Program-made: the position numbers and the translations under genes | Source of the DNA: an uncultured Candidatus Bathyarchaeia archaeon | GTDB lineage: Archaea > Thermoproteota > CALKCG01 > B24 > JAWCPE01 | Direction: 5' to 3' | Assembly (NCBI GenBank): GCA_964396445.1 | Contig: CAYNFI010000003.1 | Coordinates: 2,231 to 66,230 of the forward strand | Length of the DNA stretch: 64,000 nt | The notes under the pieces: generated by a model | Databases searched by the model: none | What the model was told of the DNA's origin: nothing | Seen by the model: the letters and a program-made list of their open reading frames with translations, nothing else | Shown here: positions 19,519 through 29,116 of the stretch, piece after piece | How the letters are laid out: each line of letters begins with the position of its first letter | How positions within the stretch are numbered: position 1 is the stretch's first letter

Positions 19519-19842
19519 ATGCTGTTGGGTGGGTCGAAGAAGAAGTCACTTTCCCAGATGATGAAGCAGCAGCAGCTTCAGGGTAAGAAGGATGATAAGA
19601 AGACGAAATCCGCTGGTGAAGAGAAGAAGCTGGGCAAGGTTAACCTGCCTAACCTTGAAAGTAAGGAGTTCGTCAATGAGCTGGCGAAGATGCGGGCGAT
19701 AACCCCGTATATGCTGGCTTCACGCTACAACGTTAAGGTCAGTGTGGCTAAGGATATCCTCGAGCAGCTTAGGGCTAAGGGACTCATCCAAATGGTTTCA
19801 GGGAGCAACAGGGTTAGGGTTTTCCAGATCGCAGCCGCCTAA
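19519..19842 (+). CDS. rps25e: Ribosomal protein S25e
   Basis: Lys-rich N-terminus followed by FVNELAKMRAITPYMLASRYNVKVSVAKDILEQLRAKGLI, a winged-helix of S25e type. Confidence 0.8.
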   Translation: MLLGGSKKKSLSQMMKQQQLQGKKDDKKTKSAGEEKKLGKVNLPNLESKEFVNELAKMRAITPYMLASRYNVKVSVAKDILEQLRAKGLIQMVSGSNRVRVFQIAAA

Positions 19843-20209
19843 CTAGCTTAACCACTAATCCGCTCCTCATTTTTCCCAGAAAGCCTAAATCACTAACAAG
19901 TTTCCCTATCAGATTAACCTGTGTGTACACCTCGGAGTTTTCATAGAAAAGGCATATAGCCTTGGTAAAAGGCCAGTAAGCGATGTCGCCAGCTTCCACC
20001 ACCTTTCTCCCCTTCTCAACACCCATGGTTAGTTGAATTGGAAAGTAGATTCCTCCACGCATTAAAGCGGCTCTACCCTCCACTGGAAGCTTCTCAACGA
20101 TGGCTTCAACGGTTCTCGGAGAGTAGAACCTTATAAGCTTCCCTTCAACCTCTCCAAGGCTTTCAATTAGAAACGTTACATCAATCCCTGTTACGTCAAG
20201 CGGCTCCAT
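19814..20209 (-). CDS. Cyclophilin-like-fold protein of unknown function (tentative)
   Basis: The 131-aa pattern ...GKLIRFYSPRTVEAIVEKLPVEGRAALMRGGIYFPI...GDIAYWPFTKAICLFY resembles the TM1367/cyclophilin-like family. It overlaps the S25e 3' end by 29 nt, convergently. Confidence 0.4.
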   Translation of the reverse strand: MEPLDVTGIDVTFLIESLGEVEGKLIRFYSPRTVEAIVEKLPVEGRAALMRGGIYFPIQLTMGVEKGRKVVEAGDIAYWPFTKAICLFYENSEVYTQVNLIGKLVSDLGFLGKMRSGLVVKLVRRLRSGKP

Positions 20210-20304
20210 ACATCTAAATCGTATCTGAGGCTTTTATCCTTAACCAAGCCTCGGTGTAGAAAACTTAATTTTAACGGTGGTGCAATCGATCTAACGGTGA
20301 CGAT

Positions 20305-20526
20305 TTGGTGGCGGACATTAAGGATATGGAGAAGAGGTTTAAGGAGCTTGAGAGGCGTAGGGATGAACTTGTGGATGCGCTGAAGCTTCTTAGACAACGA
20401 CATGAGAGGAGAGAGGTTACCGATGATGATTACCAAGCAAAGCGCTACGGTATTGAACGGGAGATCGTTGAGGTTATGGATCGATTAACGCAGATGCGAT
20501 ACCTTATGGAGTCTGGGTACGGTTAA
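20305..20526 (+). CDS. Small coiled-coil protein, unknown function
   Basis: 73-aa ORF with a charged heptad-like sequence. There is no competing ORF except an antisense shadow ORF. Confidence 0.4.
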   Translation: MVADIKDMEKRFKELERRRDELVDALKLLRQRHERREVTDDDYQAKRYGIEREIVEVMDRLTQMRYLMESGYG

Positions 20527-20584
20527 AGATGAAGTCACGCATGTCCACTCCTTATGCTTAACGTGTGAACGATGTGTTTTCAAC

Positions 20585-20854
20585 ATGTATGAACCGCTTA
20601 TCTGGTGGGTACTCATACTAGGCTCATTCCCGATCTCCTACCTAACCTTCAGTAAGGGACCACTCCTGAGGACGCGGGTGATGTCTCGTAAAGTAAAGTT
20701 CTGCGCTGGATACCTCTTAACCACCTTCACCCTCTACGTGGTTTGGCTGTACACCTCTCCAACAGGAAACACCCTAACCGATTTCTCCCCACTCGGAGGT
20801 TATCTAGCGGCTATGTTTTTCCCCTGGGCAGTTGCAATACAAGGAAGGAGATAA
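20585..20854 (+). CDS. Small integral membrane protein (about 3 TM)
   Basis: Hydrophobic segments LIWWVLILGSFPISYL, GYLLTTFTLYVVWLY and YLAAMFFPWAVAI. Confidence 0.4.
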   Translation: MYEPLIWWVLILGSFPISYLTFSKGPLLRTRVMSRKVKFCAGYLLTTFTLYVVWLYTSPTGNTLTDFSPLGGYLAAMFFPWAVAIQGRR

Positions 20855-20949
20855 GCGTCTCAACGCTGGATTGGGTTTAATCTAGTAGAGATAAGACCCT
20901 GTTTCCCTCATCTCGACCTATATTTTCGGATGACCAAGGGTTATTCTGT

Positions 20950-21294
20950 TTAGCACTGGGATTCAGGTTTGGAGGTGGGTGAACTTTGTTGACGAACGAA
21001 GTTTATTTGGAGGTCGGTGAGTAAACCACGAAACCTATTCTTCTCATCTCCGCTAAGTTGGGGTTCAAGCTTGTCAATGAGGAAAGCGATGCAGTCTATG
21101 GCGACACTTGCCCTTAAAAAATCTTTTTCAACCTTCTTTGTAGCGGGGTTAAGCCTTAATCCCATGTACTGCCATGCCTGAGCGCTCAGTATGCTTATGA
21201 AGAGACTGAGGAGTGGGTAGATATCTAAAGAGAAAACGTCGACCATGCCAGATGCTTCTTCTCCCTCTGCTTCCTCCCCAACCATCACATCCAA
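20950..21294 (-). CDS. DUF1844-like protein
   Basis: The LLSLFISILSAQAWQYMGLRLNPATKKVEKDFLRASVAIDCIAFLIDKLEPQLSGDEKNRFRGLLTDLQINF pattern matches my recollection of the DUF1844 family consensus. Confidence 0.5.
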   Translation of the reverse strand: MDVMVGEEAEGEEASGMVDVFSLDIYPLLSLFISILSAQAWQYMGLRLNPATKKVEKDFLRASVAIDCIAFLIDKLEPQLSGDEKNRFRGLLTDLQINFVRQQSSPTSKPESQC

Positions 21295-21542
21295 CCGTCC
21301 AGCCGATTATCTACTTGAAGACCTTGGTAAATAAGCTTAGGCATTAAGAACGCTTAGTTAAGGAAGCTGTTTTTAGAGGTCTTCGAAAGAGTCTAAGATA
21401 GACTCTGGGAAATTCACCTCCCGAGGCAGCATGTTGCATGTACCCCGAAGGCAGGGGAGTAATTAGACGACTTCGGTTGTGTAACCGTAAGGTTTATCAT
21501 AGGCTATACTCCAGATGTGGATTCATGGAGCATCGGTAAACG

Positions 21543-21971
21543 ATGACAACATCGTTGTATAAACAGCTTGCGTTGGCGTGGAGGAAGCCTAAGGAATCCT
21601 ATGTGAAGGCTTTGATGAGGGAAAGGGTGGTTGCGTGGCGTAAACAGCCTACCATCCTTAGGGCGGAGAGGCCGACAAAGCTTCATAGGGCACGGATGCT
21701 CGGCTTTAAGGCGAAGCCAGGCTTCGTTATTGTAAGAGTTAAGGTGCGCAGGGGCCCGGGTGAAAAAACCCGTCCAAGCTCTGGAAGAAGACCTAAAGCC
21801 CTAGGGTTTAAAAGGCTTACAAGGGTGAAGAGTAAACAGCTTATCGCTGAGGAGAGGGCTGCGAAGAGGTTTCCCAACCTTAAGGTTCTAGGCAGCTACT
21901 ACGTCTGGGAAGATGGAACGCATAGGTGGATCGAAGTCGTCATGGCAGACCCAGAATTTATCCATAAATGA
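21543..21971 (+). CDS. rpl15e: Ribosomal protein L15e (short form)
   Basis: LAWRKPKESYVKALMRERVVAWRKQPTILRAERPTKLHRARMLGFKAKPGFVIVRVKVRRG is collinear with eukaryotic/archaeal L15e. Confidence 0.9.
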   Translation: MTTSLYKQLALAWRKPKESYVKALMRERVVAWRKQPTILRAERPTKLHRARMLGFKAKPGFVIVRVKVRRGPGEKTRPSSGRRPKALGFKRLTRVKSKQLIAEERAAKRFPNLKVLGSYYVWEDGTHRWIEVVMADPEFIHK

Positions 21972-22277
21972 GCTTCTATGTCAAACAGCTTGTTACAAAC
22001 CTTAGCGGCTTTCCTAGGTTTAAGCGATTCCACGTCCATAATAAGTTACTATAATGTTGGGATGTGAAATATTAAGCCTTAACCCAGTCTAATAATTAAA
22101 GATTGTGCCGTGTTTAATAAAAATTTACCCTTTCTTCTCTCTAATTGTTTCAATTTTTTGTCTCCATAATGCTGGAACAGTCGATTTTTCATGCATGCCA
22201 TCAACATAGTGAATGAAATGAAAAGTTAGAAAGATATAAATAGTTAAAAGGAAATAAAAATCGTCGTGTGATCTGTC

Positions 22278-23126
22278 TTGACTGAATTGCTAAATAAACT
22301 TAAGGTTGACCCAGTAACATATGTGGAAAGTTTGAATTCACCAATCGGTGTTTATCTTAAAGAAAAAGTGTTCCAGAAAATTGCTGGATCGGAAGATTGT
22401 TTGAAGAAAGAGCTCTATGAAAAAACCGTTTCTCTACAATCTGCAGATGGAAGTTGGAACCAACTCTTTGTACAAACCGCTAATAGTCTCTGGGACCTCT
22501 CGCTTATGGGATATGATTTAAAAGATCCACATGTTAAGAAGGGCTTGGATTGGCTTCTGTCCATCCAGAAGTACGATTACGGAGGTTTATCGGGATGGAT
22601 CTTTCATTCCAACAACAGGAAGGAATCTCGCACAATGAGGTCGACGTTCTATGGAGAATTCGTACCGGGCTGCACAGGTTTTTACGAAACAACATATGCA
22701 ACTCATCTATTCCTTGCTTTCGGACTAGGTGACATAAAACCAATTAAAAAAACGGTGAAATCATATCTTCAGCTGTGGGGAGATGGGAATTGGGTTTGTG
22801 GAGCGTTATGTGGGTCAAACGTGTTCCGAATCTTAGTTGAACATCCATTAAGCCGAGACACACCCCAAGTTGAGAATGGAATTAAGTTTCTCGCTCTACA
22901 ACAAACCAAGAATGGATCCTGGGTATTCCACAATCAGACATTGCCTTTCTATCATATTTTCCATGCTTTATCCAGATCCAAACACACGATGGCGAGACAA
23001 CAGATAAAAAATGCGTTTCCAAAAATTCTCCGATACCAGAACAAGGATGGAAGCTGGGGAAAAAGCGCACAGAAAAAAGAAACACTCACATTTCTTACCT
23101 TAGATGCTCTTAAGAACATATCGTAG
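22278..23126 (+). CDS. Prenyltransferase / squalene-oxidase (terpene cyclase-like) repeat protein
   Basis: Four repeats of the Q-x-x-DGSW type: QSADGSWNQ, QKYDYGGLSGW, QQTKNGSWVF and YQNKDGSWGK. The gene sits in a visibly A+T-rich stretch. TTG start with gatataaatag about 35 nt upstream. Confidence 0.6.
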   Translation: MTELLNKLKVDPVTYVESLNSPIGVYLKEKVFQKIAGSEDCLKKELYEKTVSLQSADGSWNQLFVQTANSLWDLSLMGYDLKDPHVKKGLDWLLSIQKYDYGGLSGWIFHSNNRKESRTMRSTFYGEFVPGCTGFYETTYATHLFLAFGLGDIKPIKKTVKSYLQLWGDGNWVCGALCGSNVFRILVEHPLSRDTPQVENGIKFLALQQTKNGSWVFHNQTLPFYHIFHALSRSKHTMARQQIKNAFPKILRYQNKDGSWGKSAQKKETLTFLTLDALKNIS

Positions 23127-23308
23127 ACTCCCACCTACCATATGATTTGTTCATTATTCATTCTTCTGAAGAAAACCTGATGGAAGGCTGAAGGTAAGGA
23201 TTCCTGAAGCCATATCTGCTTTGAGAAATCGTATTTTGAAATTCTCTGCGAATGTGTAAAACTTTAAGACTAACATTTACCGACATGGTTCCCTAAGCTG
23301 GGTTAAAG

Positions 23309-24190
23309 TTGAAGCCTGAACCTGAGTGTATCCCATGTATGCTCGCGGTTCGCCTCCGTGAAGTCACCGAATCTAACCTAGACCCTGAAGTAAAGGTTGA
23401 AGTTATGGTGAGTCTCCTGAAGCAGTTCTCTGAGCAAATACCCTTAGAAAAGGATCTACCGGTCATCGCGACAAGGCTTTTCCGCTACGTTAAGGAAGCA
23501 ACCTCTTGCAAAGACCCTTACAGCGCAGCGAAGAAGCGTATGAACACTTTGGCGTTAAACGCGCTTCCCGAGGTCAGGCTCATCGTTGAAGCTAAAAAAG
23601 ACCCTTACGAAGGGTTTAGAACCGCGTGTATCGCTTCTATCGTAGGCAATGTCATCGACCCAGGGGTTACAGGGCATATCTTCAACCTTGAAGGACTCGT
23701 TGGACTTGTTAAAGAAGCCACATTAAGCGTTGACGATACACGCAGGATCTTCGACGCGTTGAAGGAGACACGGCATGTTCTCTTCCTCTGCGACAACGCC
23801 GGGGAGATCGCCTTCGATACACTTCTCGTGGAGGAGATTAAAAGATTTAAAACCCGTGTAACAGTTGTTGTTAAGGAAGGTCCTTACCAGAATGACGCCA
23901 CTTTGGAAGATGCTTACACGGTTGGCATGGATAGGGTAGCCGATGAGCTTATCACAACGGGTACTGATGCCTCAGCCTTGCTCCTTGACGACTACTCACA
24001 GCGGTTTCATGAAGGGCTTAAGCAAGCCGACCTCGTAATCCTGAAGGGTATGGCTTACTACGAAACTGTTGAAGCATTAAGGAAAGCTTTTCATAAGAAA
24101 ATCGCGGTTCTTCTAAGGGTTAAATGCCGTCCCGTGGCTAAAACGTTGAAGGTTGAGAAGGACGCTAATGTCGCGCTTCTCCTAGAGTAG
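23309..24190 (+). CDS. DUF89 (ARMT1-like damage-control phosphatase) family protein
   Basis: The N-terminal ECIPCML motif, then FLCDNAGEIAFD and ILKGMAYYE, typical of DUF89. Confidence 0.78.
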   Translation: MKPEPECIPCMLAVRLREVTESNLDPEVKVEVMVSLLKQFSEQIPLEKDLPVIATRLFRYVKEATSCKDPYSAAKKRMNTLALNALPEVRLIVEAKKDPYEGFRTACIASIVGNVIDPGVTGHIFNLEGLVGLVKEATLSVDDTRRIFDALKETRHVLFLCDNAGEIAFDTLLVEEIKRFKTRVTVVVKEGPYQNDATLEDAYTVGMDRVADELITTGTDASALLLDDYSQRFHEGLKQADLVILKGMAYYETVEALRKAFHKKIAVLLRVKCRPVAKTLKVEKDANVALLLE

Positions 24191-24212
24191 CCACGATTAA
24201 GATTGGAGACTT

Positions 24213-25184
24213 TCACGACAAGCCCATTGAACGTTTCAATACCTCAACGTTGACTTTACCAGCTGAGTAAACGTTTCCCGTCTTGATGTTGTTTATGGTT
24301 ACCATCGCGGGGGCGAAGAGGTGTGGGTCGATTTTATAGAAGTCGTAGTTGGCGGCTTTGAAGACCTCGTTGAACAGCCGTCCGTAATCCCTTGAAGCTG
24401 AGGAGGGGGTTTTAGCGACGATGTTGGCTAACTCCACGTCGTCCTCGTAGTCAACCGTGTAGAAGGTTACCCCAGCGTAGAGAATGACGTCGTTCGTTCT
24501 ACCCATGGCTCGGGCGAACTTCGGATGAATCGATGCTACTGGGGCGTAGCCGCAGCCGTGGAGGATGCTACGCGGGTTGAACCCTAGAGAGTGAAGCTTA
24601 TGCACCCCTGTTTCAACAACCCGTCCAGATATCTGAACCGCGCCGGCTAGGCTCGAGGTTGGGGTAATGAGTACGTATAGGTTCTCAGGTTGAACCACGC
24701 ACTCATCAGCTATGAACCTGAGCACATCATCGCCGGGTTTCTTATCGACTTCCAGAAGAACGATGGCAACCTCTGAAACATCCCCGTACTCGATCTCCTT
24801 GTAAAGGGACGCTGGTTCCAAGGCGAGGGCTCTAGCTGGACCAGAACCCATAGCGTAGAAGTCACCGACTTTAATCCTCCAGCCCGCGTATTGGGCTCCG
24901 AGGGTTGCCACAGCTGGGTGGTCTGTGGAAACGAAGATGGATGGGAGTGAAACATCCCCGTACTGAGCGTTAAAAAGATGGGCTTTACCAAAGCCTCCCA
25001 TACAGACTTCCGTGATAAGCACTCCCGCATCGTATCCTCCCTTTACATCGACGCCTGCATCGATTAACGTCGCACCGACGCCAGTTTTCTCAACTTTTAC
25101 GCCAAAGGCATACCTTTGCTCTATAAGTTTCTTAACAAGCGTGAGGGCGGTTCTGTTAACACTAACCATAGACACACTATTCAA
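24213..25184 (-). CDS. mch: Methenyltetrahydromethanopterin cyclohydrolase
   Basis: Collinear with known Mch: MVSVN..., ATLGAQYAGW, GSGPARALA, TPTSSLAGAVQISGRVVE, SSASRDYG and YDFYKID. The likely start is the ATG at 25169. Confidence 0.92.
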   Translation of the reverse strand: MNSVSMVSVNRTALTLVKKLIEQRYAFGVKVEKTGVGATLIDAGVDVKGGYDAGVLITEVCMGGFGKAHLFNAQYGDVSLPSIFVSTDHPAVATLGAQYAGWRIKVGDFYAMGSGPARALALEPASLYKEIEYGDVSEVAIVLLEVDKKPGDDVLRFIADECVVQPENLYVLITPTSSLAGAVQISGRVVETGVHKLHSLGFNPRSILHGCGYAPVASIHPKFARAMGRTNDVILYAGVTFYTVDYEDDVELANIVAKTPSSASRDYGRLFNEVFKAANYDFYKIDPHLFAPAMVTINNIKTGNVYSAGKVNVEVLKRSMGLS

Positions 25185-25341
25185 CCACCATTATCTGAAC
25201 CTATATTACGATAAATCAACACCCATGATATATAATTTGGCGCAACCGACAATTTAGCAACAAGTCTTATCAGAAACTCTTCAAGGGCTGCTGACAGTAT
25301 ATGCGGGTTCACGGTATCTTTACGCTTAAATATGCACCGTA

Positions 25342-26253
25342 GTGAAGGGGTGGAGTGTGAGGACAATGGTTGAGAAAAAACCTCTAGACATCGATAAGAG
25401 GTCTGTTAAGCTTGATAGGATTGTGCCTGAGGAGGGTTTATTAGAGGTCCTTGCTACGGGCTTTAAGTTCACTGAGGGACCGGTGTGGAGCGTTAAGGGG
25501 GGTTACCTACTCTTCAGCGACATCCCCGCTAACCAGATCAAAATGTACACACCAGGCGTCGGTGTGACGACTTTCCGTGAGCCAAGTCGAAACTCGAATG
25601 GCTTAACCTTCGATAAGGAGTTAAGGCTCCTAGCCTGCGAGTTCAGGAGGGTATCTCGCACAGAGAGGGATGGAAGCATCGTCACTGTGGCAACCCACTA
25701 CGGGGGGAAACGCCTCAACAACCCCAATGACATCGTGGTGAAGACGGATGGAGCCATCTATTTCACAGACCCAACCTACGGATGTCCACCTGAGGAGAAG
25801 GAGTTACCCTACCAAGGCGTTTACAGAGTTACGCCTAAGCATGGAGAACTCACACTTCTTGTAGACGACTTCGAGCAGCCAAACGGGTTAACGTTCTCGC
25901 CTGATGAGAAGCTCCTTTACATCGCAGACTCCTCTGATAGATGCTATGTAAGGGTCTTCGACGTTCAGCCAGATGGCTCCCTCGCTAATGGCAGGCTCTT
26001 CGCAGACCTCAAGTCTAATAAACCTGGTGGACCAGATGGCATGAAGGTTGATGTCGAAGGCAACGTCTACGTATCAGCGGCGGGAGGTCTATGGATCTAT
26101 GCACCTACCGGGAAGCTCCTTGGAATCATAAACACCCCTGAGAGACCGTTCAACTGTGGTTGGGGAGACGATGACTGGAGGAGCATGTACCTCTGCGCCC
26201 ACACAAGCCTCTACCGCATCTTGTTAAAAATCCCTGGTATCCCAGTTCCATAG
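25342..26253 (+). CDS. SMP-30 / gluconolactonase / LRE-like six-bladed propeller protein
   Basis: FTEGPVW, NSNGLTFD, NNPNDIVV, YFTDP, PNGLTFSPDEK and GGPDGMKVD motifs. The likely start is the ATG at 25366. Confidence 0.85.
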   Translation: MKGWSVRTMVEKKPLDIDKRSVKLDRIVPEEGLLEVLATGFKFTEGPVWSVKGGYLLFSDIPANQIKMYTPGVGVTTFREPSRNSNGLTFDKELRLLACEFRRVSRTERDGSIVTVATHYGGKRLNNPNDIVVKTDGAIYFTDPTYGCPPEEKELPYQGVYRVTPKHGELTLLVDDFEQPNGLTFSPDEKLLYIADSSDRCYVRVFDVQPDGSLANGRLFADLKSNKPGGPDGMKVDVEGNVYVSAAGGLWIYAPTGKLLGIINTPERPFNCGWGDDDWRSMYLCAHTSLYRILLKIPGIPVP

Positions 26254-26359
26254 CGGGAACCCTGCGCTGTGGGAAAACTTATGTTCCTGGGTAAACCATG
26301 TATAAGGAGCCAACTAGGTTAAATGTATAAGGATATATTTCCCTAACCACAACTATTGG

Positions 26360-26986
26360 ATGGTCGTCCGTATGTCCGCAGGGGAAGAAACTGGGGAACA
26401 GTCTACGACTGATAAATTTGAGGATAAACCTCCTGAGGCATCGAAGCGTGTTGAAGCCTCTAAGCCCACATCATCAGTCCCAGAGGTTAAACCTGAAACA
26501 TGGAGGAAATGGACGCGGTTTATACTTGAAACACTCCGTGAGCCTAAAGACCTCCAAGCCCTCTATGGAAAAGTCAGCGCGGCACAGATCTCTAAGAAAC
26601 GCGTTGACAGCATAATAGCTATCCTTGAGGAAGCGGGACTTGTGAAGGTCAGGGATGGAAACCTCAGCCTCGCCGGAACTGAGTCAGTTGAGGCCGGAGT
26701 CACGGTTCCAAGCCTTGAAGCCGATAAGCTTAGGGAGGAGCTTAAAGGGAAGGACTTCGAGGTACAAGGGCTCAAGGATAGGGTTGCAGTCCTTGAAGCC
26801 GAGGTTGAGAGTCTTAAAACCGGTATTAAAGGTGTTGAATGTGTTTTCCTTCGACCCTTGGATGTAATTGGGCATAGCGGTCAACGCCTCTTCCACTGTG
26901 TGAAGAGGAGGATTACAATCGGTGAGCGAGCTAACATCTGCCTCATATGCGAGTTTAGACCATCAGAGAGTAAAACACAGACTTAA
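26360..26986 (+). CDS. Hypothetical protein with an acidic/Lys-rich N-terminus, a possible winged helix and a coiled coil
   Basis: 208-aa ORF. AILEEAGLVKVRDGNLSL looks wHTH-like and LREELKGKDFEVQGLKDRVAVLEAEVESLK is coiled coil. The C-terminal ~50 aa may be read-through. Confidence 0.4.
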   Translation: MVVRMSAGEETGEQSTTDKFEDKPPEASKRVEASKPTSSVPEVKPETWRKWTRFILETLREPKDLQALYGKVSAAQISKKRVDSIIAILEEAGLVKVRDGNLSLAGTESVEAGVTVPSLEADKLREELKGKDFEVQGLKDRVAVLEAEVESLKTGIKGVECVFLRPLDVIGHSGQRLFHCVKRRITIGERANICLICEFRPSESKTQT

Positions 26987-27049
26987 AGGCTATAATGTAG
27001 TTGTGCATAGAGTTATCAGCTCTAAAGTCGTTATGGTAAAGGCTTTACT

Positions 27050-28267
27050 TTACCCAAGAGGAGTAGAAGTTCTCCTCAGATACTGTCCATACTTCCTACC
27101 CGATTGCAGGTATTGTATGAGGTTTTCCTCGATGTTTCTAGGTAGGGGTGAAACGATGGGGGTGGCTGAGGGAAGCATGATGTATCCGCCACCTGGAGCC
27201 CCTTCTGATACAGCTTCCTCAACCTTACTATCCACAACCTCCCTTGAACCGAGCTCAAGGTCCCAAGCTTCTATGTACCCCATGAGACACATGTGATCAC
27301 CAGCCCTACGCTTCAACTCTGGTAATGTCACATCTCCGCGGGGAGGAGGCTCTATGGGTTCAAGCATGTCAGGCTTCATCTCCACGATTCGCTCCAGCAC
27401 AGCGTCGAGTTTTCCGTGACAGTGGATGCAGGAGTAGTTACCGCTTTCCTGAACGATCCTGATGAGTTCGCTGTCGTATTGGGCTACGAATTCGTCGAAG
27501 TAACTCGGCGCCATCGTAGGCGGCGTCACATACTCCGGTCCCCATATCCTGAAAACGGTTCCATGTACCATACTGGTAAGGTATCGGTAGAGGTCTATGA
27601 ACCTTTCATGCATGGTGTTGAGGAGCTCCAAGACCTCATTTTTCCTACGATGGGCGTAGTTGAGGAAACCCTCGTATCTGAAGAGGGGCACCGTGACGCC
27701 GAGGGGGTCGCCGAGGCTTAAAAGCATCAATCCTCTGTCTCCGAGCTTCTTCTGTGCTTCGAAGAAGTGGTTGAGGCTAGGCTTTATCGGCTTGTACGGT
27801 AGAGAGAGGATTCTTTCTACATCCTTTTCTTCCTTGATGAAGGGTTCAACCTGCCATGTTGTCGCCACGTTGTCGTCTACCCTTTCAACGGAATGTAGAG
27901 GACCCTTAGGTGTTTCAACTGTGTTCTCGTAGAATAGGGAGTTTCCAACCCTCCTCTTCTTTACATAGGCTTCGATCGTATCCGCTGAGGAGTAGAATAC
28001 ACCAACATCGCTTATTCTCCTTTGAACTTGGTCTTCCCCAGCGGCTTCGAGGATGCGGGAGAAGTTCGGGTCTCCTATAGGGGTTGAGGCGAACGTGTCC
28101 TGAAGCTCTTTAGCGAGCCTTAAGAGCCTAGAGTAGCTTAGGTCCTTAACCCTCCAGTCATCGCCCGCGTAGGGGTTGATTTCGTAGAGGGTTACGGGAA
28201 CCCTGTCCGCTTCTTCCAACCTTATAGTGGCGATCAGTCTTTCCCGAGTGGTCATCTCCCCATACAT
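27050..28267 (-). CDS. URO-D family protein, paralogue 2, co-transcribed with the fwd genes
   Basis: MTTRERLIATIRLEEADRVPVTLYE at the N-terminus and CIHCHGKLDAVLERIVEMKPDMLEPIEP. It starts 12 nt downstream of the fwdC stop on the same strand. Confidence 0.78.
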   Translation of the reverse strand: MYGEMTTRERLIATIRLEEADRVPVTLYEINPYAGDDWRVKDLSYSRLLRLAKELQDTFASTPIGDPNFSRILEAAGEDQVQRRISDVGVFYSSADTIEAYVKKRRVGNSLFYENTVETPKGPLHSVERVDDNVATTWQVEPFIKEEKDVERILSLPYKPIKPSLNHFFEAQKKLGDRGLMLLSLGDPLGVTVPLFRYEGFLNYAHRRKNEVLELLNTMHERFIDLYRYLTSMVHGTVFRIWGPEYVTPPTMAPSYFDEFVAQYDSELIRIVQESGNYSCIHCHGKLDAVLERIVEMKPDMLEPIEPPPRGDVTLPELKRRAGDHMCLMGYIEAWDLELGSREVVDSKVEEAVSEGAPGGGYIMLPSATPIVSPLPRNIEENLIQYLQSGRKYGQYLRRTSTPLG

Positions 28268-28279
28268 GAAGTCTCCCCG

Positions 28280-29110
28280 TTACTCAAGGTATTTTTCAAA
28301 GATGCTTAGGTGGGTGTTTGAGTCTTTGAAAATGAAGAGCCTCCCGTTACCAGCCTCGTTGAGGTCTCCTTGGAAGAGGTAGAATGGCCCCTTAATCCTC
28401 TCATTCCCAACCTTTACGGTTGCTCTTATATCGTCTATAGTGAAGCTTGGTAGGATTGATGGGATATTGCCTAGGGCGACGATTCGACCATCTCGCATAC
28501 ATGCACCGAGTCTTCCCCCAACTTGCCCCTTGATGTAGACCGTTCCCCCTCCCATATACGCGCCAGCGAACTGCCCAACGTTTCCATCAACTTGGATGAA
28601 GCCGTCCCGCATACGGTATCCAAGCTCATACCCAGCGTTCCCGTGGACGATGATGCTTCCCCCACGCATACCCTTCACACCCCCACGGTAGGGTGCTCCA
28701 ACACAGTCACCTACATCCCCGAAGACCTCAATCATCCCATCCTTCATCATTCCACCAAGCCAAGAACCTACACTGCCTTCAACCACGATCCTTCCGCCGC
28801 ACATCCTCTCGCCTAGATGCATTCCCACGGAACCCTTAACCATGATCACGCCTTTCCCCATACCCTTACCGATTAGGCGGACCTTAGAGAAGTCACCGAT
28901 AAGCTCAACCGTTGGAGAGATTTCAGAGCTTTCCTCCTTTAGCTCAAAGAGATCCTTAATACATACCTTGCTGTGTCCCTCCCAAACCTCGAATCCGCCA
29001 ATTTCCTCAAGGGATTTTCCCTCGAAGTTGTCCGGGGTAATGGTTTCAGCTTCGACGGGAACCTTGAAGGGGAACTTAGGCATTAATAAAACCTTGTTCA
29101 ACCCATACAC
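28280..29110 (-). CDS. fwdC: Formylmethanofuran dehydrogenase subunit C
   Basis: Repeated G-x-x-G-x-x-x-G beta-helix units (GSVGMHLGERMCGGRIVVEGSVGSWLGGMMKDGMIEVFGDVGD...) and PVEAETITPDNF at the N-terminus. The likely ATG is at 29083. Confidence 0.9.
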   Translation of the reverse strand: MYGLNKVLLMPKFPFKVPVEAETITPDNFEGKSLEEIGGFEVWEGHSKVCIKDLFELKEESSEISPTVELIGDFSKVRLIGKGMGKGVIMVKGSVGMHLGERMCGGRIVVEGSVGSWLGGMMKDGMIEVFGDVGDCVGAPYRGGVKGMRGGSIIVHGNAGYELGYRMRDGFIQVDGNVGQFAGAYMGGGTVYIKGQVGGRLGACMRDGRIVALGNIPSILPSFTIDDIRATVKVGNERIKGPFYLFQGDLNEAGNGRLFIFKDSNTHLSIFEKYLE

Positions 29111-29116
29111 CTCCGT

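Noticed and set aside
21295-21542. Possible ncRNA in the DUF1844/L15e divergent spacer, suggested by the hairpin agagtcta-aga-tagactct and GC-rich stems
   Set aside because: There is only one short perfect hairpin and no recognisable family motifs. The spacer is more simply read as a divergent promoter region.
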